A stretch of DNA of 63,538 nt, filler included, from Octopus bimaculoides (taxonomy: Eukaryota), in NCBI RefSeq assembly GCF_001194135.2. It is 7 parts of 7 records of this genome, joined end to end, with 100 filler letters (N's around TTAATTAATTAA, not from the genome) between each part and the next. Parts side by side here need not be neighbours in the genome. Positions count along the whole stretch, not along the records: positions 24,889 to 45,182 come from NC_068986.1; 6 more parts are not named here. One strand, given 5' to 3'. The notes under the pieces were generated by a model that had not been told where the DNA came from, did no database searches, and was given only the letters and a program-made list of their open reading frames with translations. Shown piece by piece: positions 28,064 to 41,720 of the stretch. The position numbers and the translations under genes are program-made. Positions within the stretch are counted from its first letter, which is position 1, and each line of letters begins with the position of its first letter.

Positions 28064-30029
28064 CATGTATGTATATACATATACACACATATATATATAT
28101 TTCTATACATATACATGTATATATACATATATATTTATACACGTATATATGTATGTATCCATGTATGCATTTATTTATGTATGTCTGTATATCTATGTAT
28201 GTGTATGAACCTTACTTTTGAGGCCAGTGCTTTAATTATTCATACACTTAATACTTTCCAGTGCCCATGACTGCTGTGTGACTTTTCATAAAGTTAAGGT
28301 CAAAACATTTGTTGTTTCGCTGTTTTTCCCTTGCTCTTGTTTAGGTTTGAACTATGCTACACACCATAGGCAATATGTTTTAACCCTAACCATTATTTCC
28401 TTATGTTTAAAAATGATACGGTGAACAATGCGTGATATATATATACCAGTTCGTATTGCTTGGTAAGGAGGAAATTTAATAGATATCGCGACTATTTACA
28501 GACCCCTTTCCTTACTCATTACTTTGGTTGTTGTTATCGATGCTGTTTAGTACCAGCAACTAGATTAATATAAATTCCAGTTATTCATGACAATATATAN
28601 NNNNNNNNNNNNNNNNNNNNNNNNNNNNNNNNNNNNNNNNNNNNNNNNNNNNNNNNNNNNNNNNNNNNNNNNNNNNNNNNNNNNNNNNNNNNNNNNNNNN
28701 NNNNNTATATATATATATATATATTTACGTAACTCACTCTCAAGTATTGGCAATCAAAGTGATCCTGACAATAAACTCAGTAGCATTCCAACCTAGTTTT
28801 GGCTAAGAACTTTCTCTGGATGTACACCAATGGTATTATCGATCTTCCATCCACCAGTCACTAAAACAAACAATTCACTATTAACGAGTTCAATGATATT
28901 AAGTAATCGATATATTAAAAAATCACCCAGCGTTTTGCAGGTTTTATTGGAATGTATCATACCAACCAGTGAAAACTGAACGAAACTTGATTTTTCGTAA
29001 TAATCCCGCCTGCTTTTGTTTGATAGTTGTGAACAATTGGCATTAATTTTGCTTTTTCCTTATAAAACGTAATTTCAATTTAATTAATTAAGAATTTATT
29101 AAGTTCACCATTCATTTCATCGCCCTTTTATCTTAAATATTCTAGTTGTTTACAATTCTTTGAGTTATTTCCCTCAGATACTTTTATCTTTAAAGTTTCA
29201 AATTATTCCCGGCTCAATATGTACATAACTGTTTTTTCTATACGTATAATCTTATTTGTGTATCTTCAGGTTTGAATAAAATGTCACGTATTAAACAGTA
29301 AAGCAGACTGAATCATGTTGATGATTGACTGTTACCTTCAACAAAAACAGAAAAGAAAAAAACCCAAAAAACTAGGTATTCCCTAAACATACAAATAGAT
29401 TCAAGCAATACATTCGTGACTTCCTAAAATGATTCTCACTTTTATTATTCATGTGAATGTATGCGAAATAGTGAGAGCCGAAACAATAACACATCTATTC
29501 ATTATTAATACGTTTCGGCAGATTCACGTTTGAATCTGGCAGAAAGTATTAAAAATGGATAGATAGGTTTTAATCTCCTTTTTCTTCGACATTTACTTCC
29601 TTCTCCACAAGGATTTACTTTCCTTTATTAAACTTAAACAGATATTTCAAAAAGGGAATAGTTCATGGCGTTCAGTATTTTATTTTAAAGTTAAAGGTAC
29701 ACTGTTATCATTATTATAAAAGCTTCAAAGTGGGCGCGCTGGCAGAAATACTAGTGCGTCGGACAAAAATGCTTAGTTGCTTTTCTTTCGGTTCTTTCTC
29801 TTCTTAGTGCAAACTGCACTAGTTTAAACTGCCTTTTATCCTTTTGTAATTCATCAAATAATCCAGAAGTTCAATACTGAGGTTGGTGGAATCGACAAAC
29901 CACTAAACTCTGTGACCTTGTATCAAAATTTTAAACCATCTTCATTAAAATATCTATATGCACACAACTGTGTGTATATATGCATGCACATATACATGTG
30001 CAGGTCTGCAGGCACACACACATGCACAC

Positions 30030-30063
<34 letters not shown>

Positions 30064-31668
30064 ATAAGTGTGAGTTTGTGTGTGTGTGAATCTCTGCTGA
30101 TTCACCAGTACTCATAAATTACAGCAGTCAATAAAAATGTAGAGTATTCTTTAATAAATTTCACCTGAAAGGCTCTGATTTCCACTACTCAGAGATGCTC
30201 GTTTCGGATCGTCACCTGTAAACCAAGACTGGTTTTCTTTTGAATATCAACAGTCAGAATAGTTTTTGAAATATGGAATGGATGTTAGAAGAAAACGCTT
30301 TTCCTTATGTTCTTTTGTTCAAAAACCTTTGTGAATGTCACGTGCGAAACTGCTGCTTGAAGCGAACGCTTTTGATTTCATTTCTGATTCTCGTGTTAAT
30401 ATTATTATAAAACATCATAAACTCCATACAATCGAAGTCATGAAATTGTGTTACTTTTTAAGAAATGTTCCAAAATAATTCTTTTGAGAAGTAATTTTAA
30501 TTAGTGTTTTTAAAAACAATGAATATGTATGCGGGTGTTCATTTTGCATGTGTCTCTGCAGATGCCTAGATAGGCACATGTGTATAGTCAAAGATACACA
30601 TACCATATATTTATGAATATGTTTACACGTACATGTATAATCATACACATAGGCACGCATATAAAGCATATATCAATAAAACCTATCACTTAAGCATACG
30701 CGTTTGCTTCAAACTTTCGTTAAATATTTCAAGATAAATTTAGACTGAATATTCCAAGAAAAGCAGGTGCAGTTTATCAGCTCAAGACCGCAGCGAGCTT
30801 CTCTTGGTAGCTTTTAGTGCAGGCTTTAGTTAAACTTATAAGCAAAGGCAATTGTTTTACCCAACAGGTACGGCGAAAGGAATTGATAATAGTTGTTAAG
30901 ATCGAATTGCAATACGCTGTATTATGAAGAAGGTTTCTGTAGGATTACAAGTCATAATTATCCGTTCAATCGTTTCCCCCTGAAGTCTTAATGAAATGCT
31001 CTCCACTCATCCTTTTAATGAATTCACTGATCATTTGCACTGATCCATGTAAATATCCTTAGATGGAACTGGAATGTTTTGGATAGACAGACCGAGTAAT
31101 TGCTTCTCCGTTAGATGTGACTGTAAGACGGGCTGAACTTGAACCTACGTTCAATAATCAGAATGAAAGGAGAATAACTTCCTGTACAGAACAACAAATT
31201 AGCGCTCTGATTAATAGAGCTACATGAACTATAAAGGTTAATAAAAAGAGCATAAATTCAAGAATCAGAGTCTTTAAGTCTTCTTTGACTCCTCACAAGT
31301 CTTTGCTCTCTCCACGACTTTATTAGAAGATACGTGATCAAGTTGCACACAGTAAAACAGAAACCATGTTGACGGGTCACAAAAATCTAATCCACGCAGC
31401 CGTTCCAGTAATATAACGTCTAGAAGATGCACAATGTGACAGCATACCTTTGATGCAAGTTTGATGAAGTGATTCTCCAATCTCTAAAACCACAAACATC
31501 ACATAAGTCTTCAATTCGAATTTTTGCGTAAATTGATGCTGCAAGTATAGCTGTTAGACAAGCAATTGTAACGAATCATTGAAGATTTGTTAAAGAATCT
31601 GCTTTGCCTTCTTATCATTCGGATATATATGTATACACACATACACACACACACACACACGCACACAT

Positions 31669-31702
<34 letters not shown>

Positions 31703-32416
31703 CTACACATACACACACACATGCAAACATGCACACACACGTATGCATATATGTATGTGTGTGTGTGTGTGTTTGTGTGTTTGTATGTATGTATACACCG
31801 ATATTTATATCCATCTTATCATTATTAACATGATTTTCTTTCCTTTCAAAAACATTCTCCAATAGATATTTCCTCAAAAACTCGATTTACTTTGCTCTTA
31901 ACCAATTCTTCTCTCCATCTCTTCCTCCTTTACATCTTTCTCTCTCCTTTCACTCTCTTATCCCTCTCTATCCACCTACTTTTCTACGTCTTTTCTCAAC
32001 ATTTTCTTGCGTACATTTTGATTCCATTCTCTTAAATCTTCACTTTTATCCCTCCCATGAATTCTCTGTAACATTTCAAACATAATTCTCTTAAATTTCC
32101 CACCTCTGCATTCCAAAACGATTATTTTGTTAGATTTTCAATATCTTACCCCTTCTACATGCTCTTTCCTTCCCTCTCTCTATCTCTCTCTCTAATTCGC
32201 CCACGCATCGGCTCTCACTACTTGTCTTCCCAAATATTCTTGCTATATACACAATCTTTGCCCAAATCTGCTAACTCTTTACTCTGTCACATTCTTTTCT
32301 TTAGCAAAACTTTAACTATACATCAAATCCTAACATGACACACTTTTTTTAAAAGCGGAAACCTATACGCTAGTCGATTCATATATATATATATACAGAT
32401 TCATATATATATATAT

Positions 32417-32466
<50 letters not shown>

Positions 32467-32575
32467 AAGCCTGCATCGAGGAAAATAAGAATACAAATTT
32501 CAAAGAGCATTAGTTGCAATGATCGATCATCATTATCAAAATAAAAAAAGGAAAATAATAATAATAACAATAATG

Positions 32576-32639
<64 letters not shown>

Positions 32640-32650
32640 CAACGATACAT

Positions 32651-32860
32651 TCTATTATAGGCACAAGGCCTGAAATGTGGGGTAGGGGGATAGGCGATTG
32701 CATAGACTCCAGTTCGTAACTCGTACTTATTTAATCGACCCCCAAAGCATGACATGTAAAGTCGACCTCGGTGGAATTTGAACTCAGAACGTACCGATGG
32801 ACGAAATACCGCTAAGCATTTCATCCAGTGTGGTAACGATTCTGTCAGCTCACCGCCTTA
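32651..32860 (-). mobile_element. SINE family B
   Basis: Family match; flanked by (AAT)n. Confidence 0.8.
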
Positions 32861-32869
32861 ATAATAAAA

Positions 32870-33780
32870 GCTAGACAGAAGAAATAGGAAATAATACAAA
32901 TGCAGGACTCCTAGAACCGAATGTAGAACAGGTTAATATCAGTAGGAGATTGCGTGGAATCAGCCAGAGTAAATATAGACTCCTATGTAGGTAATAGTGA
33001 GAAATGTTTAGTAAAATCTTATAGAGTCACAGCAGGATATAGCGAAACGAAAAGCCCCAACCGAACTTAAAAAAACAGAAAAAAAGAACACAAATTATCT
33101 GACTGGCAGGAGAAAGCTAGTCGTTGCTCTCCCCATGACAGAGTCGGCCAGTATTTACACTGGACAATATGTCGGCATTATAAAATCAAAACCGCTGAGA
33201 GATGGTATAAACATCATCCTGAAGCTGTGACTGAGGGAGAAAATGTATCGATTCTCTGGGACTTCCCCGTACATACCGACAAGACTATAAAAGCTAATAA
33301 ACTGGATATTATAAAGAAGATCAGACAAAGAAGTGTTTATTAATTGACATGAGTATTCCTTGTGATCACAATATAGCGGCGAAAGAATTTGACAAGATCA
33401 GTAAATATAAAGATTTGCTAATAGAAATTGAAAAAAAATGTGACATCTCAAGGCGACTACCGTACCAGTGATTGTAGGATCTCTGGGAATGATAGAAAAA
33501 AGGTACTGAAACCTATTTGAAAATGACACCAGGATTACCATCCCTACAGGAAGTGCAAAAAATCGTGTTAACTGGAACGACTCATGTACTGAGAAGAGCA
33601 TTATCGCTGTGAAAACAACATCCATTCATGAATTTATTTACTTATTTATTTTTTAAATACATATGTTACCTGTGAATTTGCGTGTGTAACCTGGGAATGT
33701 ATACAATATGCTTCTCTGCCCTAGGTGTACGGAAAACACTCGGCGAGAAATGGAAGAAAATTTGAAGAAAGAAGAAAAAA
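32870..33780 (+). mobile_element. Dong/R4-type non-LTR retrotransposon 3' fragment (restriction-like endonuclease), copy 1
   Basis: HDRVGQYLHWTICRHY...ILWDFPVHTDKTIKANKLDII...LIDMSIPCDHNIAAKEFDKISKYKDL...VPVIVGSLG...LTGTTHVLRRALSL* (33134-33612, frameshifted); 3' UTR then (AAT)n. Confidence 0.85.
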
Positions 33781-33783
33781 ATC

Positions 33784-33836
<53 letters not shown>

Positions 33837-33982
33837 NNNNNNNNNNNNNNNNNNNNNNNNNNNNNNNNNNNNNNNNNNNNNNNNNNNNNNNNNNNNNNNN
33901 NNNNNNNNNNNNNNNNNNNNNNNNNNNNNNNNNNNNNNNNNNNNNNNNNNNNNNNNNNNNNNNNNNNNNNNNNNNNNNNNNN

Positions 33983-34336
33983 GATCATAGATATAGCATG
34001 CCCAGCTATATACAAGGTATGCGATAAGGAAGAAGGAAACGTCGAGAGATATGACAGGTTAGCTCGGGAGGTTACGCAGTTGTGGTCGTTGAAAAAGTTA
34101 GCAGTAGTACCAATAATTGTCGGAACCCTGGGAACAGTGAGCAAAAATCTCGAGAAATACGTGGAACGAACAGGGGCTGCAATAAGGGTGGAGCACTTGC
34201 ATAAAACAGCACTGCTTGGAACCGCTCGAATAATGCGGAAGGTTCTCGAAAAATAAGAGATGCTACCTTAGTTCACAGGTAGTGAACAGATGACTCTGTA
34301 GTACATCTCCAGCGTTAGAAGCTGTGCAAATGCAAT
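33983..34336 (+). mobile_element. Dong/R4-type element 3' end, copy 2 (different subfamily)
   Basis: IIDIACP...RYDRLAREVTQLWSLKKLAVVPIIVGTLG...KTALLGTARIMRKVLEK*, short 3' UTR, (ATA)n tail. Confidence 0.85.
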
Positions 34337-34337
34337 G

Positions 34338-34414
<77 letters not shown>

Positions 34415-34630
34415 CCTTTCTACTCTAGGTGCAAATCCTGAAATATTGGAAGAAGGGTCTAATATATTTCATCGACAATTTCAGTGCACAACTGGTACTT
34501 ATTTATTCAAACCCGAAAAGATGAAGGGTAAAGTCGACTACTATAGAATTTGATCTCAGAACGTAATCAGGAATAAAATGATGTTAAGCACTTTGTCCGG
34601 AATCCTAACGACTCTGCGAACAGTTGGCCG
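34415..34630 (-). mobile_element. SINE family B, older copy, tail-to-tail with a Dong/R4 element
   Basis: Family match; shares (AAT)n 34337-34414 with the LINE 3' end. Confidence 0.7.
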
Positions 34631-35442
34631 TATGATAATCTGTTTGCTATGTGAGCAATGCAGGAAACATAACATTGTGGAAACATAACACTGTGGAAAG
34701 AGGAACAGAAACAAAACCTGTGCAGATATTTGTGGTTGAGTGATCGCCAGGCAGTTCTCGAACCCATGCTCGCACGCGCACACACACGCGCACACACACG
34801 CGCACCCCCCCCCCNNNNNNNNNNNNNNNNNNNNNNNNNCCCCCACACACACACAAACACACACACACATCCATTCTATTTACATTGAAAATTTATTCAA
34901 AGCGAAATGTGACAGTTTCGACAATTATATGTAATTCTTACAATTTGGTCTTCGCTATTTTGCAGCATTAATGTTTGAAAATTGCCTTTGAATGATTTCG
35001 AAATGATGTATATGATTTTAAATAAATTGTAATACTAACAATTTAGCATTAAACTTGTTTAATACTAAACAAGTTTAAGACTAACAAGTTTAAGACTAAC
35101 ACGTTTAATTACATTTACTTTTGGAAAATAACAATAGACACCCTGAATTGCCAAGATGCAATCAGATGACGATATATCGGACAGAAATCTAAAGTTTACA
35201 GAATTTCCTATGAGTCAACATATAGCAATATGAGCACAAATGATAATAATACTTTGATAATGTACTAGATACATAAGTGATCTAAAACATTTCTCATAAC
35301 CAATGAATACTTAAAGGAACTGAAACCGGTTAGAAGAAACGTGTTGCACATTTTCTACATATAATTCAATTTGAATCGCATATTTTTTCACCTATACACG
35401 TATGAGTGTGTGTATATGCGTATTATACACACACACACACAC

Positions 35443-35498
<56 letters not shown>

Positions 35499-37969
35499 GT
35501 ATGTATGTATGCGTAGGCATACATTTGGTAGCAATTTGTCTTCATTTTGGGATTAAAATAATCATTCCTTGATTTCATGTTCCTGAACAAGAGCTTTATT
35601 AAAATATTTGTTTTAGCAGAAATTCATACAATAATAAATACAGAAAATTGAATTCAGTTTACGCACAATCAAGTAATTTTTTAGGAAGGGTTAGTTGTTG
35701 GTGTTTTATTCTATCGACCCAATAAACGTGAAGAGCAAATTTGTCTTCGTTAGCGTTTTAACTCAGGGCATAAGTACTCACCAACACTACTGCGAATCAT
35801 GTTGTCTAAAGATATTACAATTCCGGCAGCCAACTGAATTAAATTATTTCCGGCATGCACACAAGTTCTGAAAATTTGGGAAAGGAATATTTGAGAACAT
35901 GGTTGGCACTAACATTATTCTGTTCTCAGTTTAATGACTGGGTAAGACGACCCCTGGGCGATTTGTATCCAGAGGCATAATAATGAATTTGTGACGTTAA
36001 AATATATAACGGTTGTAATTCCCTCTCCTTAAAATGATTACGACTGCAAATTTATAATTGGTGTAATTTAGATGGTTACTGCAATTGAAATAAAAGTAAG
36101 TGGAATACACTTATGAAATATTATTGATTGAATAGTTCGAATAAATCTGTATATATTAATCTTGGGTTTGATTAGCAAAGATCAGTCAGGAGCAGAATTA
36201 ATTGTATAAATGAAGAAAATGGGAATAAATTAAGAAATTATTGATTAACGTAATAGAAAAGCTGTACATATCATTGGATTTCTATGATTTTCTTAGGTAT
36301 TTTTTGCCTACAGAATTACCTAATATATTCTTATACACAATAAGTCTTGCTTGTCAATTTATCGATAACCTATTTAAAAGACAGTTCTAATATAAATATA
36401 TTCTGTGTTTACTCTGGTAAAGAATTTCTTGAGAGCATCTGTAATTTTTTAAAAATTCTTCTGCTATTCTTAATTTCTAGTAATTTAATTCATAATTGTG
36501 TTAGTCGTTCATATTCAATTAACTTCGTTTATATACTAATTACATCGTAGGTTTCTCTTCAGTAAGTTAAACCAAGATAAATATTTGTTAGCTCTCTTAA
36601 TAAAAATATATTTCTTTCATTGACATACATTCAAATTTAAACGGATCTAGTTTATATAAAAGCCGTTAAAAATATGTTGTCGATTAAGTGAACAGAAGTA
36701 GTAATAACACTGGTGATGGTTTTTGAGGATTTTCTTTTTTTTATATAGTGCAGACGGTGATGAAGATGAACGCGATAATGACTAAAATCTTCTACAATAT
36801 AACCGTCAACATCATCATCACCATCATCATCACCATCATATTCATTATCATCATTTCCATAAACAGTCATTATAAGGGCGATTAGAAAATTTCTCTGCAT
36901 TCCCCAAACATTTGCAACAAGTTTCCCTCTAACTTTCATCTCAATCTATATACACATTTAATGTACATATATGCATTTAAGGCTTGGATATATATATATA
37001 TATATATANNNNNNNNNNNNNNNNNNNNNNNNNNNNNNNNNNNNNNNNNNNNNNNNNNNNNNNNNNNNNNNNNNNNNNNNNNNNNNNNNNNNNNNNNNNN
37101 NNNNNNNNNNNNNNNNNNNNNNNNNNNNNNNNNNNNNNNNNNNNNNNNNNNNNNNNNNNNNNNNNNNNNNNNNNNNNNNNNNNNNNNNNNNNNNNNNNNN
37201 NNNNNNNNNNNNNNNNNNNNNNNNNNNNNNNNNNNNNNNNNNNNNNNNNNNNNNNNNNNNNNNNNNNNNNNNNNNNNNNNNNNNNNNNNNNNNNNNNNNN
37301 NNNNNNNNNNNNNNNNNNNNNNNNNNNNNNNNNNNNNNNNNNNNNNNNNNNNNNNNNNNNNNNNNNNNNNNNNNNNNNNNNNNNNNNNNNNNNNNNNNNN
37401 NNNNNNNNNNNNNNNNNNNNNNNNNNNNNNNNNNNNNNNNNNNNNNNNNNNNNNNNNNNNNNNNNNNNNNNNNNNNNNNNNNNNNNNNNNNNNNNNNNNN
37501 NNNNNNNNNNNNNNNNNNNNNNNNNNNNNNNNNNNNNNNNNNNNNNNNNNNNNNNNNNNNNNNNNNNNNNNNNNNNNNNNNNNNNNNNNNNNNNNNNNNN
37601 NNNNNNNNNNNNNNNNNNNNNNNNNNNNNNNNNNNNNNNNNNNNNNNNNNNNNNNNNNNNNNNNNNNNNNNNNNNNNNNNNNNNNNNNNNNNNNNNNNNN
37701 NNNNNNNNNNNNNNNNNNNNNNNNNNNNNNNNNNNNNNNNNNNNNNNNNNNNNNNNNNNNNNNNNNNNNNNNNNNNNNNNNNNNNNNNNNNNNNNNNNNN
37801 NNNNNNNNNNNNNNNNNNNNNNNNNNNNNNNNNNNNNNNNNNNNNNNNNNNNNNNNNNNNNNNNNNNNNNNNNNNNNNNNNNNNNNNNNNNNNNNNNNNN
37901 NNNNNNNNNNNNNNNNNNNNNNNNNNNNNNNNNNNNNNNNNNNNNTATATATATATATATATATATATA

Positions 37970-38220
37970 TTAGGTTGGTGCATAATTATCGCGGGTTTGT
38001 TTCAATAAATTTTATTCAACAAAGCAATAACAACATTTAACAAATGTATCTTAAATGATTATATTTCGGACCATATTCACCATCTACTTCAAGTACTGCT
38101 TCCCATTTGCTTGGAAACCGGTCGGTATAATCATTTAAAATGTTTTAGTTAAATGTTGTTATAGTTTTTGTTGAATAAAATTTATTGAAAGACAGCTGCA
38201 ATAGTTATGCACCACCCTAA
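37970..38220 (-). mobile_element. mariner-derived MITE (~250 bp)
   Basis: ~70-bp imperfect TIRs (TTAGGTTGGTGCATAA.../...TTATGCACCACCCTAA), TA on both flanks; internal minus-strand DRFPSKWEAVLEVDGEY resembles a mariner C-terminus. Confidence 0.85.
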
Positions 38221-38239
38221 TATTTTATCTTTCATGGGC

Positions 38240-39363
38240 TTCAAATAGGTCTGAGGCCATGCTGGTGCACCGACTTTACAGCATCCACGGATTTTTTCAG
38301 TATTGCTTCTGGAGAAGTAGCGAATTGGATGTTGCCGGTCTTCTTTGTGCCTCATGCCGCGATGTAGGTTCATTCTGAATTGCAGATAAAAAGCTGTCTA
38401 GACTTCCATGTCTACATCTTACAGATCCCTGATGTTCTGTGGTAGGTGATTAAAAAGTTGTGGTCCCTTGAATCCCAAGCTATAACAGTATTGGGTTCGT
38501 ATCCTCAATGGAGAAGATGAGACTGTTGGTACTGTGCAGTGCCGTCCAGTTCGGGGATTGTTGTAGATTTCAATACCAAAATTTGGAGCTAGACCCTCCA
38601 TTATTTTCTACATGTATAGCACTGTCTATCGCTCATGTCTCCTCTCCAGTTTTCTAAATCTCTCCCATTAGCCCATGCATTTTATTGAGTCTATTTTCTT
38701 CGTGAAGTTGCTTTGGGTCGCTTCTAGTACTGAAATTAGTTTTACACTCTGTGGTGATCATAGCTGGGAGCAGTAGTCCAGACGACTGAGGACAAAGGTT
38801 CTCCATAACAGAAGCATTGTGTCTCCGTTCCTGGTCCTGAACGATCTAAGGATCCACCCTGCCACCCGCCTGCATAGATTTGCCATTTGAACAATGTGCT
38901 CATGGGAATTTTCATCGTTGCTCAGATGGATTCCGAGGTTACGCCCCGACTCTAACTCTGGAATTACATTGCCTGCTGGTCGTGGGTACTTCGGCTGTAG
39001 TTTGTTTGTGGGCTGAGAGAGTGCTTGGAATTTTGCGCCACTGAACTGCATATTATTGCGTTGAGGTCATTCTGCAGTCTTATGATGTCATTGGGATCCT
39101 TGATTGCCTGTGATACTTTTGTATCAACGGCGTATCTGGTGAGTGTGGCTGACTCTACGGCTGAGGGCATGTCCGAGAGAGCAACCACAAACAGTAATGG
39201 ACCCAGCACTGTTTCGGGGGGGGGGGCTCCACTGAAGATTGGTGTCACTTCAGAGAGAGCACTATTTGCTGTGACTGCCTGACTTCTGCGCCTTAGGGAA
39301 TTATGTAGCCACTCTCCCAGTCTACCAGTGATACCAAGGTCACGCAATTTGCGACATATCATC
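38240..39363 (-). mobile_element. CR1-group LINE, 5'-truncated: RT C-terminal half plus 3' end
   Basis: KLRDLGITGRLGEWL...VLGPLLF...RYAVDTK (decayed YADD)...LQNDL...NLGI...SRLDYCSQLW; frameshifted. Confidence 0.9.
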
Positions 39364-39388
39364 CCAAGGATAAACCAATTGTACGTCC

Positions 39389-39530
39389 TTATCTAGTAAG
39401 ATTCGAGAACTGAAAGAAAGCGGAATCGAATTCAGCCTTAAATGAGATATAAGAAAAGCGAAGCCTTATAAAGATAGTCGACACGGGTGCGAGCTGTACT
39501 CTATGGAAACTTATGAGATTTTTATGTAGA
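39389..39530 (+). mobile_element. Penelope endonuclease C-terminal relic
   Basis: LSSKIRELKESGIEFSLK*DIRKAKPYKDSRHGCEL resembles the PLE pattern LSxxIWxLKxxxxxxxIxWxIxxKAxPYxxxxxxCxLC. Confidence 0.55.
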
Positions 39531-41675
39531 GGGACATGAGCAACCTGATAAATAATAGATTAGACCTAAGAGTATCTTGCGTACATAATGCTGCCCGTAT
39601 ATTTAAATATTTTCTAAATTAGCGTTTAAATGTGCCATACTTGAATCTGGATGAGGGAAATTAATTTTTAGTGTAGTATCTGATGTGAACTTAGCCCCTA
39701 GTATTATATATAATAAAATCATGGGATATTGAGTAATAAGGTGAATTAAAGTGCATTGCGTATGTTGCAAGCTATATGGTATGGTATGTGGTATGCTACA
39801 TGTAGTTACTATTCTCTGAATAATCCTGCCTAGCTAGTCCGACTTCATCATTTTTTGGTCATTAGACTATTTGTTCGTTTCTATGATGTTCTACCCTACT
39901 AATCATATTATGTATTTTCTAATGGTTTTTATGAAAGTAAGTCTCCTAATTATATACCCCTGTGAAACTATAAAATCATGTATGTGATAGCACATAGCAA
40001 ATTAACTTTATAACTTATAGAATACCCCTTCAGCCTGAATATCTCCCACTGCCCTCACTACTACCATACCTATTGCTTCTTCTGTGAAGTTATCTTTCTC
40101 TCTTCCCAACCTCAATTTTTTTTATTTTAATAATCTGTCTCTTTAAAATTTCAGTTATATATATATTTTTTACTATTCTCTATAATTTCTTATTATTTTG
40201 TTTTCTTATTTTGATATATTTATCTCTTACAAGTTGTTACAGTTCTTAAACAGAGATATAAACTTTCTAGTTACTTAAATCTATAAGTTGATTATAACAT
40301 ATCCATAATAAAGTACACATATTTGTGTATATTTGCATGTGTGCACATAGTTAAATATGTGGGTGTATCTCTACACAACTTATTATTTTTTTCCGCTTTT
40401 TTTTCTGATTCTTAGCTTGTAACTAATATAAAGATAGTATGATTTATCGCCCCAGTATCGCATAAGCAAATACCAAAAGCAATCTTTATAGAAACAACCT
40501 CATAAGTAAATAATTAAGTACATGAATGAATATCAAACTAGTTCTATGTAATCTTCCCTTTCTAATGTTAAACATTGGTATATATACATATTTTATCTAT
40601 TTTGGTTGTAATATCATTTTTAATAATCTTAAATTTTATACAACATAACAATATTGTTTATATACAATCACCTGTATTATCCCATGATAATTTCCTCTTT
40701 ATTAAAATCATAGGTTTTATTAGCGTATTGCCTTTTTAACTGGTAATTAACATCTTGATTTTGGGTCCTCTCCTACCTAGTCTTCTTTATAGACAATTAC
40801 TTTATATCAATCCTAGAAATCGTGACAATATTTATGACCATACCCAGCTATGTGCTGTCAATCCACTCCTGCCCTCCATTCTAAACAGACGCAGTCCTCT
40901 TGTCTTAGAATTGGTAGTTGATCAAAAGACTAATCAATTAAAAATGAACCACAATCCTTTACAAGCTATGACTCCAACAACCCTCATACAATTCTTAGAA
41001 GTTTAGTATATTCTTAGCTACATTAGTGGCAACATGGACTCTTTCCGTCTTCTTGCTCTATTGGAGTATTTGAGTAAAATTATATTAATGTGTCCAACTA
41101 AGTAAAAATTCTATTTATTTATTTATGCAGCTGAGGATAGCACTGCATTTAAATTGATGTAAAGATTGTATTGTTCAATTAAATGGAGCCGCTTAATGTC
41201 CTGCTGCTTATTTTCATTATTTANNNNNNNNNNNNNNNNNNNNNNNNNNNNNNNNNNNNNNNNNNNNNNNNNNNNNNNNNNNNNNNNNNNNNNNNNNNNN
41301 NNNNNNNNNNNNNNNNNNNNNNNNNNNNNNNNNNNNNNNNNNNNNNNNNNNNNNNNNNNNNNNNNNNNNNNNNNNNNNNNNNNNNNNNNNNNNNNNNNNN
41401 NNNNNNNNNNNNNNNNNNNNNNNNNNNNNNNNNNNNNNNNNNNNNNNNNNNNNNNNNNNNNNNNNNNNNNNNNNNNNNNNNNNNNNNNNNNNNNNNNNNN
41501 NNNNNNNNNNNNNNNNNNNNNNNNNNNNNNNNNNNNNNNNNNNNNNNNNNNNNNNNNNNNNNNNNNNNNNNNNNNNNNNNNNNNNNNNNNNNNNNNNNNN
41601 NNNNNNNNNNNNNNNNNNNNNNNNNNNNNNNNNNNNNNNNNNNNNNNNNNTATGCCTATAGTGTGTATAGATGTG

Positions 41676-41720
<45 letters not shown>

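Noticed and set aside
39540-41100. Possible mitochondrial insertion (NUMT), also considered for 50017-50450
   Set aside because: Strand-skewed and AT-rich, but I could not read any mitochondrial protein or rRNA motif with the invertebrate code.
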